Of a DNA stretch of 64,000 bases, positions 49,138 through 63,544 are shown piece by piece; position 1 is the stretch's first letter, and every line of letters begins with the position of its first letter. The notes beneath the pieces were generated by a model. It searched no databases and was not told the origin of the DNA. It saw only the letters and a list, made by a program, of their open reading frames with translations. Location: the NCBI RefSeq assembly GCF_006345805.1, contig NC_043010.1:65038001-65102000 (forward strand), read 5' to 3'. The stretch is from Octopus sinensis. Its lineage: Eukaryota. Position numbers and translations under genes: made by a program.

Positions 49138-50959
49138 TATATATATAATACAAATAAGAAAATGGACAAACAAATTCAGTTTGTTCATCAACTTACGAAT
49201 ATTACAATGTTACATTATTTATTATCCTGTATATTAGTTTCTTAGTGAAATGGTCCCTGGTTGCTATGGATATATCTTTCAGCGATGAATCATTCCATAT
49301 TTTCTCCATTTTTCCAACAGTATTCATTTTGAGGATTCAATATACTATACTTAAATGCATTCACTTATACTAGCAGTACTTCAAATATTGCATAGATAAT
49401 TCATACATATACAAGTATTAGTAATAGATATTCCTCAAATAATTAACTTTAGTAGACGGTAAGATAAGGCTTATGGATGTAACCCAGTATGGGATATCAA
49501 TTATCCAATATACTGTTGGTAAAATACCCAAATTTATAATACACAAATGTTTTTAATTGCAATGCAATTAATTCATTTATAGTGGGTTAAATGAATACGG
49601 AAGACGGAATACGGTCGGTGATCTGAAGAGACATATAAATGGTAGATATGCGCGTAATGAAGCATTAAATGTTTATAAATTCTATCCAAAGGTTAGTGTT
49701 GTCATTACTATTATATTTATCTTGCGTTATATCTGTGCAGCTCGATGCTACCTCAAGAGACTGGTTCACCAGTCAGTATCGTTAGGCTGTGGCCGGCATA
49801 ATGGAATAGGAACTTTATGTGCATATTCAAAAGGGGTCTCGTAAAAAATTTAAAAGACACACACACACACACAGACGAGTAAGCATAAATACAAAACAAG
49901 GTGAAAAAGAACAATACACGAATACCGAGTAAAGTACTTTTTATTAAAGCTACAAAATCATCGCAAAACAGTTACTCAAAGATTCACGCTTCCGTCCGTC
50001 AAACTGTTGTGGCCAGGACTGGAATAAGATTGTGATGTTGCATATAACATATGATTTGATGTCAAATCATAAATGTACCAACAAAATTTTAGTCCGGTTT
50101 TGTGATTTTGTTTTGCAGCTCTAATAAAGAAGTGAACAAAAAAAAAACAGATATTGATATTTCTCTTTCGTTTTGAGTCTTCAACGTCATATCCTGGACT
50201 CAACTCGAGACGAACTGTGTCATTGGTCGGACAGATATATGGAAGTTGAGTAAGTGTACATGCTGATGTGCTCTGTGGTAACACCAGTAGAACAAAATTA
50301 AAGTGGTGTCACGAGCGTGTATAAGTGGATACCAACAACTCCCACTAGATATGAAGGAAAGTTAGAAGCTGGATCGCAAACGGTAGCCAGGAGGCCAAGT
50401 CCTCTATTTAGCTAATATATGTGGTGGGGTTTCGTTTGTTTATTGCTTTATAACTCAATATAAGGGACGCGGGCTTGGTGGTGTGGCTAAGATGCTCGTT
50501 TGGCAATTTTTTTAGTCCTGTTTTTAATCCATCAACGTGAAATTCTTTGTGAGTGTTTTTAATAATCGATCATCTACAGTTTTATGATTTAGTTGATGTA
50601 AACAGTATGGAAGCCCATCGGAACGTCCTGAATCTGTTTTAGGTTTACGCCTACCCTCTCGTTCAGTTTAACACCACCACATGGGTGTTATGTTTAATAA
50701 AAAAATACTTATTTAACTATATAACTAAGATTTAACATTATTTCCTTGGAAATAGTCATCTTGCACAGCAATACACAGTTTCCAGCGTTCATACCATTTT
50801 TGGAATCCTGTCTGGAAGTCGTTTCCCGTAAGTAAGTCGGGGACCTTCTATGATCCGGTCTGGATCTCGACAAGTGTGGTTAAACGGCGACGGGGAAGAA
50901 ATGCCAGTCCTCAGTTGCTAAACCCGGCGAATAGGAATGGTGAAAAGCAACACCATGTC

Positions 50960-51400
50960 GCTTTTGGCGAGAAATTCACGCGTGAGGAGAGCTCGGTTAC
51001 AGGCTGCATTTTCTTCCCGAAGAATCCAATTCTTCGCGCTCCACAGACCCGATGGCTTTCCTGAATGACCTTCCCCAACGCTTCAAAACATCGGATTAAA
51101 AATCCCAATCGATTCTCAGGCCCTGCAGCACAAATTCTCGATGCACAATACTATATTTTCCGGCGTTTCTGTCGTGGTAGGTCTTCCATTTGGTTTATCA
51201 TATTCGAGGAAAGTTGGTCTGCTTTTGAATCGCTCGTTCCACTCGAAACATTGCGTACGATCCATTGCTTCATGGTCGTAAGCATGTTCGATGTCTGTGT
51301 AGCAGACTTCCCAAGTTTAACGCAAAATTTCACGTTGGATCCATCTACTTGTCCATGACAAAATCGCAAACTACAGCATACACGGGATCACAAACTAGAA
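50960..51400 (-). mobile_element. Mariner transposase N-terminal remnant
   Basis: NVKFCVKLGKSATQT HTH-region motif. Confidence 0.65.
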
Positions 51401-51536
51401 GATGCACAACTCGCAAAGTAAACTCAGCAATGTCACTCAGTATATTACCTCATGAAGGCCACTGCTAGCTCTCACTGCACACTCAACCATGTGCTACCAT
51501 CTCATGGCGCGCTACTGTACTGGTTGATACCACTTC

Positions 51537-52332
51537 ATAAGGTGATCAATAAGTATCCGGGCTCTTGCCATAGTAACGAAGCTAATACACACAGTAAAGT
51601 CGCCTGGCAAAAATTAACCGTGAACTCTGCTGTGCAGTAATTTTAACTTTCTAGCTTACTTTCGCTGTTTTCTGCAATACTTGATAGGAAGGTGTGTAGC
51701 GTGTTATAGTCGCATTGACCATGACAGAGGAAGTTGTCATGGTGACACCTGCTCAGAGACCTACACAAAATTGCAGAAAGTATATGGCGAAGAGTGTATG
51801 AGCCGCACGCATATGTACAAGTGTTTCAGACGTTTCCAAGATTGCCGGTATTGACGAACATTCCAGGAAAGTTGCAACCAGAGGAAAACATCGCAGATGT
51901 GCGTGCAGCTCTGAGGGGAAATCGTCGAATAAATATCCGTGAATTATCAGAGGATGTGCAGATTAGTTCCGGTTCAGTTCAGTCCATTATCACTAGCGAT
52001 TTGGGTATGAGACGCGTATCTACCAAGTTTGTGCCAAAACTGCTTTCAGATGACCAAGAAGATACACAGGTTTCAGTTGCACAAGATTTCCTTGATTGTG
52101 TCGAGAACGATGAAAATGTTTTGAAAACTTTGCGTAACCCTCTTAGCAGGTATCGCTAAGCTTTTCACAAACTTTAGCCCAGATTCTCTGCTCAATTTTC
52201 TCCTTCCAAGCACTGCTGCAAAGAAGGGAAGTGAGCTACAATATTAAATCTTAGAGCGCATGCGCAGCGGCTTCACTCTGCGTGCTTTAGCTTCGTCACT
52301 ATGACAACAGTCCGGATACTCATTGATCATAC

Positions 52333-52334
<2 letters not shown>
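51537..52334 (+). mobile_element. Internally deleted mariner with both terminal inverted repeats
   Basis: ggtgatcaataagtatccgggct / agtccggatactcattgatcatacc. NRRINIRELSED..LGMRRVSTKFVPKLLSDDQ. Confidence 0.85.
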
Positions 52335-52391
<57 letters not shown>

Positions 52392-52529
52392 TTATGTATA
52401 TATATATATGTATATGTATGTATGTATGTATGTATGTATGAGAATTTGATGTTATATATATATATATATATTTATATACATATATATATATGTATATATA
52501 CATATATATGTATATATAACGGGAAGCTT

Positions 52530-53657
52530 TATGAAAATAAACAAAAGACGAAGGCAGGTGGAAAACAAACGAACAATTGTATTAGTATGGCGCTCAGGAA
52601 ATATAAATAAAACAAGTCTTTAACGTTTCGAGCCTACGCTCTTCAACAGAAAGATACACAGAGAGAGAAAAACACAGAAAGAAGGAGAGAAACAAAATGC
52701 GTGCAGTAGCTAACGAATCAACATGGCGATCTGATTTCGGCCAGAGGTCAAAGATCAAACATGAGACGCGAGAGCGAAATAAGGGGAGATAATAGGGTTG
52801 ATAAAAGGGTTGAGGGACCAGCTAAATGTGCGTGGGAGGGGTCTGGATGTGTGTATGTATAGGGTTGGTGTATGTATTAGTATGTATAAGGGTGTGTGTG
52901 TGTGTGTGTGTGTATGAGAGAGTATTAGTGCGTAGGATTGGTCTGGACGTGCGTATGTATGGGGTTGGTGTATGTATTAGTATGTATTAGTATGTATTAG
53001 TACGTATTGGTATGTATAGGTGTGTGTGTGTGTGTGTGTGAGAGTATAAGTGCGTATGCGGGGTCTGGACGTGTGTATGTATAGGGTTGGTGTAAGTATT
53101 AGTATGTACTAGTATGTATTAGTACGTATTAGTATGTATTAGTTGGTGTGTGTATTAGTATGGCACATCATATGTGATGTGATGTGTAAAGTCATGTGGT
53201 GTAGTGAGGAGAAGAGGGGGAGGGGGAGAAGAGGGGGGAGGGGAAGAGGAGGGGGAGGAGAAAGGGGGATGAGGAGAGGATGGGGAGAAGGAAAGGGAGG
53301 AGGGGGATGAAGGAGGAAAGAGGGAGAGGGGGAGAGAGAAGGGGAGAGAGGGAGTGAGGGAGCAGAGGGAAGGGGAAGAGGGAGGGAGAAAGAGGGAAGA
53401 AGGGAAGGGGAGTAGGGGTGAAAGGATGAAGGACTGAAGAAGTAGGGGTCGGGGGGAGAAAGGATAGGTGAGGAGGGGGGAGAGTGGGGTTAGATGAGGA
53501 GGGGGGGAGAGTTGAGACCAAATGGCGTATAAGAGCGAAGAGAGAAGATTAATTCCTGTTCACGGCGCAAACGGGAATCCGGATGGCCTCTGTGTAAGGA
53601 CAAACCGAACACAGATAGGTGTTGCAAGGAGTGACCGGTGGAGCGGAAATGACCGGT
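52530..53657 (-). mobile_element. Penelope-like 3' end, same family as 26500-27560; pLTR hammerhead has CUGUUGA (52619-52652)
   Basis: 53520-53657 matches 27070-27210; polypyrimidine UTR; acgtttcgagcctacgctcttc motif. Confidence 0.85.
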
Positions 53658-54019
53658 ATGTATGTATGTATATATGTATGTATGAGAATTTGATGTTGAA
53701 AATGCACCTGAATTTGAAAAACTTGTAATTGTTTTTAAATAAATTTATTTACATAAACACTAATCTAGTTTCAACAATTGTTTGTTCATCAATGGTAAAA
53801 AATTAAAATTGTAAAGTAGAAAAACGTGTTTAAATGATTTAATTCTTACAAAATTCAATAATCTCAAATGATTTAAATGTTCCCAACATTCAATAGCATA
53901 ACAAATATGGCTCATCTTGTTTAAATGCACAAAATTCAGTAGCATTAGAAATAATCGATGAGGACTGAAAGTTGCAAATCCAGCAACTTTTAAGGGCTTC
54001 CAAAAATCTACAAAAGGGA

Positions 54020-54810
54020 AGCCATAAAGGAAGCCTGTAACAAATAAACAACTTTATTCAGGAAAATTCTACATCCGAGAGATCCCAAATGCAACCACAG
54101 ACACAGACCCTATTGACGTCCTCCTAAAACTTATTCTCCAACAATTACCGAGTTTTATAAGGAATGATCTGGACCTTTTAAACCATCTCCCGAACAAAAC
54201 CAGCAAAAACTCCCTTCTGGTTTCATTCGATGTAATAAACTTCTACACTTAGATCCCTTACGAAAGCGAAATACAAGCCAAAAAGTTCTGGCTGAAAAAA
54301 TTCCTAGAATACCTTCCTGACTGAATCGGAAAAGAATTCATCATTGAAGGAATAAAATTCATCCCACAGAACAACTTCTTCAACTTCAACGAGAAGATCC
54401 ATAGACACAACATGGGCACGGCGATGAAAACGATAGTAAACCCTACTTTTGCTAACTTTGTCATGGCATATTTGGAAGTCGAAATATAGGAGCACGCTAG
54501 GCTGAAATTTGGAGACAACTTCCAAAAATACTTACTAACCAACTGAAAATACTACCTGGGTGATTGTTTCATTCTGTGATCATATAACTTTTAGCAACTC
54601 TTAGAATTTAACAACTGAATCACAATATCCAATTTACAATGGGATACAGCCACAAACAATTACACCTCCTGCACATCTTGATCATAAGAACAGATACTGA
54701 AATTGAGATCAACATCTTCTTCAAACAAACGGACTCAAAATAATATCTTCTATTCTCATCCTGCTACCTAAAGCATACTAAAATAAATATACTGTTCAAC
54801 TTAGTAAATT
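54020..54810 (+). mobile_element. Penelope-like RT remnant
   Basis: LVSFDVINFYT, NNFFNFN..GTAM..PTFANFVMAYLE. Confidence 0.8.
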
Positions 54811-54878
54811 TTTTATAGCATGGTGATATAAAAATCTGATAAAAATCATTACTGGGATTCTATTCTTATATTCTATTA

Positions 54879-54919
<41 letters not shown>

Positions 54920-55094
54920 GTATACACAAAATTTCGGAGTATCTACCGAATATTTACATACGTGAATACATACATATATGAGTATATGAATATATGACAT
55001 CCACGCCTGTGTCCATAAATACACGAAAACCAGCATAGCCTTCATTTTTGCAGAGACTGTTGAAATCAGATAATGTATGACAATCTAAATATCG

Positions 55095-55365
55095 CGATAG
55101 AGGTTTCAATGCTGCTGTCATTTATCTTGACTTCAGTAAAACATTCGATAGAGTAGGCCATAACATTCTGCTAGAAACTTTATCCCACACCGGTGTCAGT
55201 TGATTTAATATTTACTGAAAAACATAAGACTATATACTCTGATTGATGCAATTTACTCTAGACAAGCAAAAAACATTTGTGATGTCGCTCAGAGTATTGT
55301 GTTGGATCCACTTCTGTTTATTATTTATAAAAATACCGTTGCAAAAACCATCAACTACAGTGAAT
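55095..55365 (+). mobile_element. CR1/L2 RT fragment
   Basis: AVIYLDFSKTFDRVGHNILL and VAQSIVLDPLLF. Confidence 0.65.
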
Positions 55366-55450
55366 TTTAAAAAAAGCAAACATTATAATGAATCTGTGTT
55401 TCTGAAAGTATTCAAGTGAACATATAATGGAACATACATGAAACAATCCG

Positions 55451-55760
<310 letters not shown>

Positions 55761-57004
55761 TGAAGAATATTCTTAAGGTGAACTTTTACTCATTCACAGC
55801 TATTTTCACGCTTTACTCCTAATACAATTTTAGCTCAATCTTAAATCGGTTTTTGCATTATGATGAGCCAGAGGCAATCTACATTTTGACATTAAAAAAT
55901 CGAAACTTGGTTGAGTAGAAAAACTGTTGTAATAAAACAGTAGGGCCAAAAATGCGAGAGTGACGCCTGATATTTTATTTGACTGGTAACTTCTCGGTTA
56001 TTTGTAAAGCAAATATGTGCGTTTGTATGTGTGTGTTTGTGGGTGTGCGTTTATGTGTGTGTGTGTATTATATATACGTTCATATCTTAATTTATATAAA
56101 TATTTATATATGTACATGCATATACATCTGTGCATATATATATAAGAAGAGGGGGGAGAAGCGAAGAGAGAGAAAGAGAGTGAGAAAAAAAGAGAGAGAG
56201 AGAGGTAGGCTCCGTAGAGAAAACATGAAACATCAAAACTACATTATCAAATAATTAGGATATGCATTAATTACCACTAAATCATGTAATATGGAGACAG
56301 TAATTAAAAAGAAAGAAAGAAAAAAGAAAAATAATAACATACCCGTAGAAATCTGTTTGGCTGAAAGTATCAATAAGATTCCACAGCAGAAAACGATTAC
56401 ATTCACCGCAGACATTTCTCACAACTTCTATGTCCAAAAGAGTAACCAAATCTGATAAGTCTCTGATTAACTATAAACATTTTCAATAATCATATCCGGA
56501 ATAGAGAAAAACAATGCAATAGCTATGTTTTTGTCTCCCTCTAAGAGGAAGAACGGAAATACCATTTCAATGTATCTATACACGGATGTACAAGTTTATT
56601 TCTAAGTGTATCTATACAGATTCCATGACATCTGTCAGCAACGTATAATTATGTGTGCGTGCATGTAAATATGCGTATGTTCAAATATGTATGTGTTGCG
56701 TGCGTGCGCGCACGTGTGTTTACCCAAACCTATAGCTGTAATTCGATTGCATGTGTAACTGTATAGAAAATTATAATTTTCCCCAATTTAAGTGATGAAG
56801 TAGCCACATGTAGATGTTGGAACCCCTCTTAGTCTTTTATTTATTAACCCCGTGGAATAAGAAGAATTTCGTGACAATATAAGTAGATTTAAAAGAGTTT
56901 ATATATATATATATATATAGATAAGCATATACATGCAAGAATACATACATATAAATATATAAATATATATAGATGCAAACAGAAATTTCAAAAGCTTCCA
57001 AGGC

Positions 57005-57104
57005 NNNNNNNNNNNNNNNNNNNNNNNNNNNNNNNNNNNNNNNNNNNNNNNNNNNNNNNNNNNNNNNNNNNNNNNNNNNNNNNNNNNNNNNNNNNNNNNN
57101 NNNN
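57005..57104. other. Assembly gap (100 N)
   Basis: Direct reading. Confidence 1.
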
Positions 57105-57258
57105 CTTGCATTTGGACCTGTGGAAGAACCTAAATGTAGAATAGAACTTATGTTTGCATGAAGAGAATGCTTCATGGTGTCTATTAAATAATTGTGGTGA
57201 ATCCCATTAATAACCATAAATACAGTCTTTCTCCACTTACATATATATATATTATATA

Positions 57259-57302
<44 letters not shown>

Positions 57303-57400
57303 CCAACGATGGTACGGACGCCGCAGTATATATATTATGTAGAAAAATACAAACTGGGACAAGAACGTAAAACAGTTAGAAGACGATACAAAAAACAATT

Positions 57401-57434
<34 letters not shown>

Positions 57435-57497
57435 CATATATGTCTTCTTCTTTTCATTGTATATATATATATATATAATATATATATATATATTATA

Positions 57498-57528
<31 letters not shown>

Positions 57529-57539
57529 TATATATATTA

Positions 57540-57583
<44 letters not shown>

Positions 57584-57600
57584 GTATATATATATATATG

Positions 57601-57682
<82 letters not shown>

Positions 57683-58263
57683 AAAAGAAGAAGACAAGGA
57701 AAATACTTTAACTCATCTTTAATTATAAGTTAAACATGTTTCCATACTGACTCCATTTGCAAAACCAGTTTACGCGAGAATTCTAAAACAAAATTTATGT
57801 TATATATGCTGTTTGGGGCATTGGAGAGGCTTATAGACTTTAATTTAGTATCTGGATATCTCTGACGTTATTTCTTCATTGTTACGTTTAATCCAAGTAT
57901 TATCCTAATACTCTATATTTTTTAAAAAGGAAACTACTTAAATTGTCTTATTTCTTTTGACAAGCTAATTGCAGACGTTGTACATTTATTGTAACAAGCT
58001 AATTATAGACTGTTCCTTACAATTCTTGAAGAGTTCCATAATATTAGTTGTCCTATTTAGAGATTCCATATTATACCCCATTTAATTGAGGGGGTCTTGT
58101 CTTCCGAGAACTTGCTGACATCACTAGTGCTGAATCGTCAGATATTGGTTTAGAGTTCTAGTTCCATGATTGCTGACGGCTGCAGGAATGGAGAGTGATG
58201 GGAGAGAGAAAAATAAAAGAGACACAGAGAGATAGAGAGAGAAAGTGTAAGTCAGCCCAGAAA

Positions 58264-58931
58264 CGGCCCCAGATGTCAAGAAGGTAATTTTCTATACTTC
58301 ATTCCAAAATTATTAAATTATGTTTTATATTTCATTTAATGTCTCTACCTGTTCAATCTTGTTTATGAGAACATATTACGTCAAGCGAAACAATTTTTAA
58401 TGTTTGTTTACAGGCATGCAATATCTTAATTATATTTCTTAAGTAGAAACGTATTATAGACATACATTTTATTATATTCAGTAAATGATATCTAATATAA
58501 TTTGTTTATACCAATATTTTCAGAATGTAAAGGAGATAAATTTGGTGTAAATTGTAAAGATATATGTCACTGTGTTGACAACAAAAAGTGCGACAGACGA
58601 AATGGGACATGTCCAGATGGGTGTGCTGCTGGATATGACGGTGATAATTGTCAACAAGGTATAATTTAAGTCTACATTATATTTTTAAAAATACGTCTCA
58701 GCCTGTGAATTCGTCTCTTTCTAAATATTTCCTGGTATTTTAATAATGTGCGAGTGGAAATGAGGACTACACGGGTTTATAACAATTATGCTTTTCAAGC
58801 ATTCATTCACAAAAATCTTCGTAAAGAAATCAGGAAATATTTGACTCGTAATAACTATGTATATACCTGTAAGTGTGCGCGTGCGTGTCTGTGTGTTACA
58901 TAATCATTCGGAGACATACACACACACACAC

Positions 58932-59027
<96 letters not shown>

Positions 59028-59712
59028 CTTACTTAATGTACGTGGATATACTGCACAAAGTCACAAAACTGCGGCGTTCGTCACGTGATCACATCTCACA
59101 TTCATGTGTTGTGATAAAAATCAGACGAAACGTTAAATTGTTTAAATCTAGATTTTTTTTTCAGCGTCATTTGTTGCAGGTATTCAGTAGCCATGGAATA
59201 TGTAAACAAATTTAGTTCTACTGAAACAGGAAGACAGTAATTAATAAATCACTAGTTTTCCTGTGTCCGTAGAGGTACACGCATTAATGTATTGATACGA
59301 TAACGCAAGTAATGTGCAAAACACGTAATATAGAAACAATCTGAACTATGACCTGGCAACAATAGACTTATTAAAAATGTCAGGAACAGAATAAATGCCA
59401 CTATTTCCATGCTTACTACTTATCACAGGTATATAGTGATAAAGGGTGGTAGTAATGTAACTACTATATTCGTGATAAATACTTCGGTAACATTTCATTG
59501 CCCAAAAGTTAGAAACGTTCACGAGTTGACGTATGAATATTTTAGAAAAATATGTTAATTACTTTAAATATTTTAGAAATAGATGTTAATACTGAGGATT
59601 GCCGAGCATGTGTTATCATGCACAGCATGAAATCAATTGATGTTGGAATATGTATTAAAACTACCTTCAATTTCGCTCCTGAAGGCAGGCCTACTTTTTA
59701 AAATGTTCATTA
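58264..59712 (+). repeat. Truncated copy of the EGF two-exon module, bounded by a ~60-bp direct repeat (58198-58263 / 59713-59788)
   Basis: Aligns with the reverse complement of ~330-1690. Only the last ~20 nt of the A-type exon remain (..GPRCQE|gtaatt). Confidence 0.85.
58524..58658 (+). CDS. EGF-like exon, B-type: CKGDKFGVNCKDICHCVDNKKCDRRNGTCPDGCAAGYDGDNCQQ
   Basis: ttttcag / G|gtataa, 135 bp, no stops; differs from 1301-1435 at 2 nt. Expression unknown. Confidence 0.7.
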
Positions 59713-60159
59713 CAGTGAGCGGAGAGGGGGAAATAAAAGAGAGACAGAGGGATAGATAGAGAGAGAAAGTGTAAGTCAGCCCAGAAAAGCTTACAAGCAA
59801 TGAACCAAGATATTCCAGACAGAAGTATCTCGCTCTTTTCTATATCAAATACTACATTATGCAAAAATCTTTTCTTATCTTAAAACTGTAAAATAGATGC
59901 TGTTTGTAAGAGTTCAAGAGACTATCTACAATCACACACACACACACAGAAAGGTAAATGTATTCATTGATTACTTTATCTCTTATTGTTTTCACGATGA
60001 TTAACACGAGTACATCTAAATATATGCAGAAAGTTCAGATGTGGCTTGCATTGCAACAGGTTGTACTGGGTTATATCTTACCAGTAGCACTCGAAAGTGA
60101 CCTGACATAGCATACATACATACATACATACATACACACACACAGATACGCACACACAG

Positions 60160-60193
<34 letters not shown>

Positions 60194-60829
60194 TATATAT
60201 ATACATGCATATATATTGACATACATATATATTATATATATATATATATTATATATATATATACATGCACACATACACACACACACACACACATGTATAT
60301 TTATATATATATAATGGACTAAACCGTCGTTAGACAATGTCTTAGCAAACAGCGACGCAGATGATTTGTTTGCAGTGATCAAATGAAATCGACATTATTT
60401 GCACTGGGGCAACGGGTGCCCCATGCCAGGTGACGAAATGATCGCAGAGCAACGTGGAATGAAGTGTTTTGCTCTAGAAGACAACGCAACGCCACGTCTG
60501 GAGATCGAACGCATGACCTCGCAATCCTTAACCACTGAGCCATGCGTGTTCACACACACATACACACACAGTCACAGACACACAAACACACACACACATA
60601 TAGATATCTACATATACATACATATATATACATATATATATATACATATATATGTATATATATACGTGTATGCTGTTTACTTGTGTACATATAAAAGTGA
60701 ATATGTATGTATGCATGGATAGGTATCCATACATCTGTGAATAGATGTATTTCAGTGACTTTACGTGTTCATGTGTGTGTGTACCTGCCTTCCTGCACAC
60801 GCAAATTCACGTAGGGGCATAATTGCTTG

Positions 60830-60909
<80 letters not shown>

Positions 60910-60965
60910 CATACATATATATATGCATAAATGTATGCATATATATATATATGCATACATGTATG

Positions 60966-61060
<95 letters not shown>

Positions 61061-61104
61061 TATATATATGCATATATATATATATATAATATATATATAA
61101 AGTT

Positions 61105-61265
61105 AATCCAAACATGAAAGTACAAAGAGAAAACACAAACGCAAGGACGTGGAACAAATATTGTATTATTTGATACTCAGGAGGAAGGGAAGAAGGAGGG
61201 TTTTACGTTTCGAGCGGAGCTCTTTGTCAGGAACATAGGAAAAGGAAAGATCCAGAGAAGGGAAA
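61105..61265 (-). mobile_element. Solo Penelope pLTR fragment, family of 35410-35620; hammerhead core mutated to CUGACAA (61201-61234)
   Basis: acgtttcgagcggagctctttgtcag. Confidence 0.7.
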
Positions 61266-61279
61266 ACACTATGTATATA

Positions 61280-61351
<72 letters not shown>

Positions 61352-61395
61352 AGGCGGAATACTCCGGATTCGTTTCTAACAATACTTTATTTCAG

Positions 61396-61524
61396 AATGT
61401 TCCAGTGGTAGCTTTGGTGATAGTTGCAAAGAGCATTGTCATTGTTCCCTACCATGTAACCACGTAAATGGATCATGTCCAGGTGATTGTGATGCAGGAT
61501 ACAGCGGATCCAGCTGTCAAGAAG
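61396..61524 (+). CDS. EGF-like exon, A-type: CSSGSFGDSCKEHCHCSLPCNHVNGSCPGDCDAGYSGSSCQE
   Basis: tttatttcag acceptor, G|gtaatt donor, 129 bp, phase 1-1. Confidence 0.85.
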
Positions 61525-61758
61525 GTAATTTTCTATACTTTATTCCAAAATTATTAAATTAGTTTTTATATTTCATTTAATGTCTCTACCTGTTCAATCT
61601 TGTTTATGATAACATATTACGTTAAGCGAAACAAATGTTTGTTTACAGGCATACGATATCTTAATTATATTTCTGAAGTAGAAAAGTATTATAGACATAC
61701 CTTTTATTATATTCAGTAAATGATATCTAATATAATTTGTTTATACCAATATTTTCAG

Positions 61759-61893
61759 AATGTGAAGGAGATAAATTTGGTGTAAATTGTAAATATATAT
61801 GTCACTGTGTTGACAACAAAACCTGCGACAGACGAAATGGGACATGTCCAGATGGGTGTGCTGCTGGATATGAAGGTGACAATTGTCAACAAG
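61759..61893 (+). CDS. EGF-like exon, B-type: CEGDKFGVNCKYICHCVDNKTCDRRNGTCPDGCAAGYEGDNCQQ
   Basis: attttcag acceptor, G|gtataa donor, 135 bp, phase 1-1. Confidence 0.85.
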
Positions 61894-62168
61894 GTATAAT
61901 TTAAGTCTATATTATATTTTTAAAAATATGTCTCAGCCTGTGGATTCGTTTCTTTCTAAATATATCCTGTTATGTTAATAACGTGCGAGTGGAAATGAGG
62001 ACTACACGGGTTTATAACAATTATGCTTTTCAAGCGTTCATTCACAAAAATCTTCGTAAAGAAAGCAGGAAATATTTGACTCGTAATGACTATGTATATA
62101 TCTGTATGCGCGCGCGTGCGTGTCTGTGTGTTACATAATCATTCGGAGACATACACACACACACACAC

Positions 62169-62210
<42 letters not shown>

Positions 62211-63088
62211 CTTACTTAATGTACGTGGATATACTGCACAAAGTCACAAAACTGCGGCGTTCGTCACGTGATGACATCTCACATTCATGTGTTGTGATAA
62301 AAATCAGACGAAACGTTAAATTGTTTAAATCTAGATTATTATTTTTTCAGCGTCATTTGTTGCAGGTATTCAGTAGCCATAGCATATTTAAACATATTTA
62401 GTTCTACTGAAACAGGAAGACAGTAATTAATAAATCACTAGTTTTCCTGTGTCCGTAGAGGTACACGCATTAATGTATTGATATGATAACGCAAGAAATG
62501 TGCAAAACACGTAATATAGAAACAATCTGAAACTATGACCTGGCAACAATGGACTTATTAAAAATGTTAGGAACAGAATAAATGCCACTATTTCCATGCT
62601 TACAACTTATCACAGGTGTATAGTGATAAAGGGTGGTAGTAATGTAACTACTATATTCGTGATAAATACTTCGGTAACATTTCATTGCCCAAAAGTTAGA
62701 AACGCTCACGAATTGACGTAATGAATATTTTAGAAAAATATTTTAAATACTTTAAATATTTTAGAAATAGATGTTAATACTGCCTTCAAATGAGGGTTGC
62801 CGGGCATGTTTTATCATGCACAGCATGAAATCAATTGATGTTGGAATATGTAATAAAACTACCTTCAATTTCCCTCCTGAAGGCAGGCCTATTTTTTAAA
62901 ATGTTCATTAAATTGCTCGTGTGTGTATTTATCGCAGAATTGGTGGGTTTTCTTAAGCTTTCACTTTCATTTTTTGCAAGCGGTATTTTTACCCTTCTTT
63001 TCTTCAAATATTATAACTGTTTATGTAGAAGTCTTGCTAGCCACCTCATTATTACTGTTTCTAACAGTGATAATACTTCACATATTTA

Positions 63089-63122
<34 letters not shown>

Positions 63123-63244
63123 AATTTGCCATGATGAATCGGTTTCTGACTGAAGAATGAATGCTCTGAATGACAGTCTGTTTTCCGTGTTCGTCAATTC
63201 GTGAATTTCACGCTCTTTATATACAAAGTTTTATTCTATATATA

Positions 63245-63316
<72 letters not shown>

Positions 63317-63325
63317 ATATTATAC

Positions 63326-63420
<95 letters not shown>

Positions 63421-63544
63421 GAGGAAGGAATAGAGAGGGAGGTTAGAATTCTGTTTTACCAAAACTGTAGCTCTAATGTATAACGTGAAGATAACGTCGA
63501 CAATTTTCTCAGACCACACGACAGAATTGAGGAGGTATTGTTCA

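Larger units (their letters stand above)
60313..63540 (+). repeat. Segmental duplication, right copy (inverted homolog of 1-2420)
   Basis: See the 1-2420 entry. Carries an extra pLTR insert at ~61105-61265. Confidence 0.92.

Noticed and set aside
53190-53520. Pro/Ser/Leu-rich ORFs here and at 26700-27070
   Set aside because: Translations of the polypurine/polypyrimidine 3'UTR of Penelope elements.
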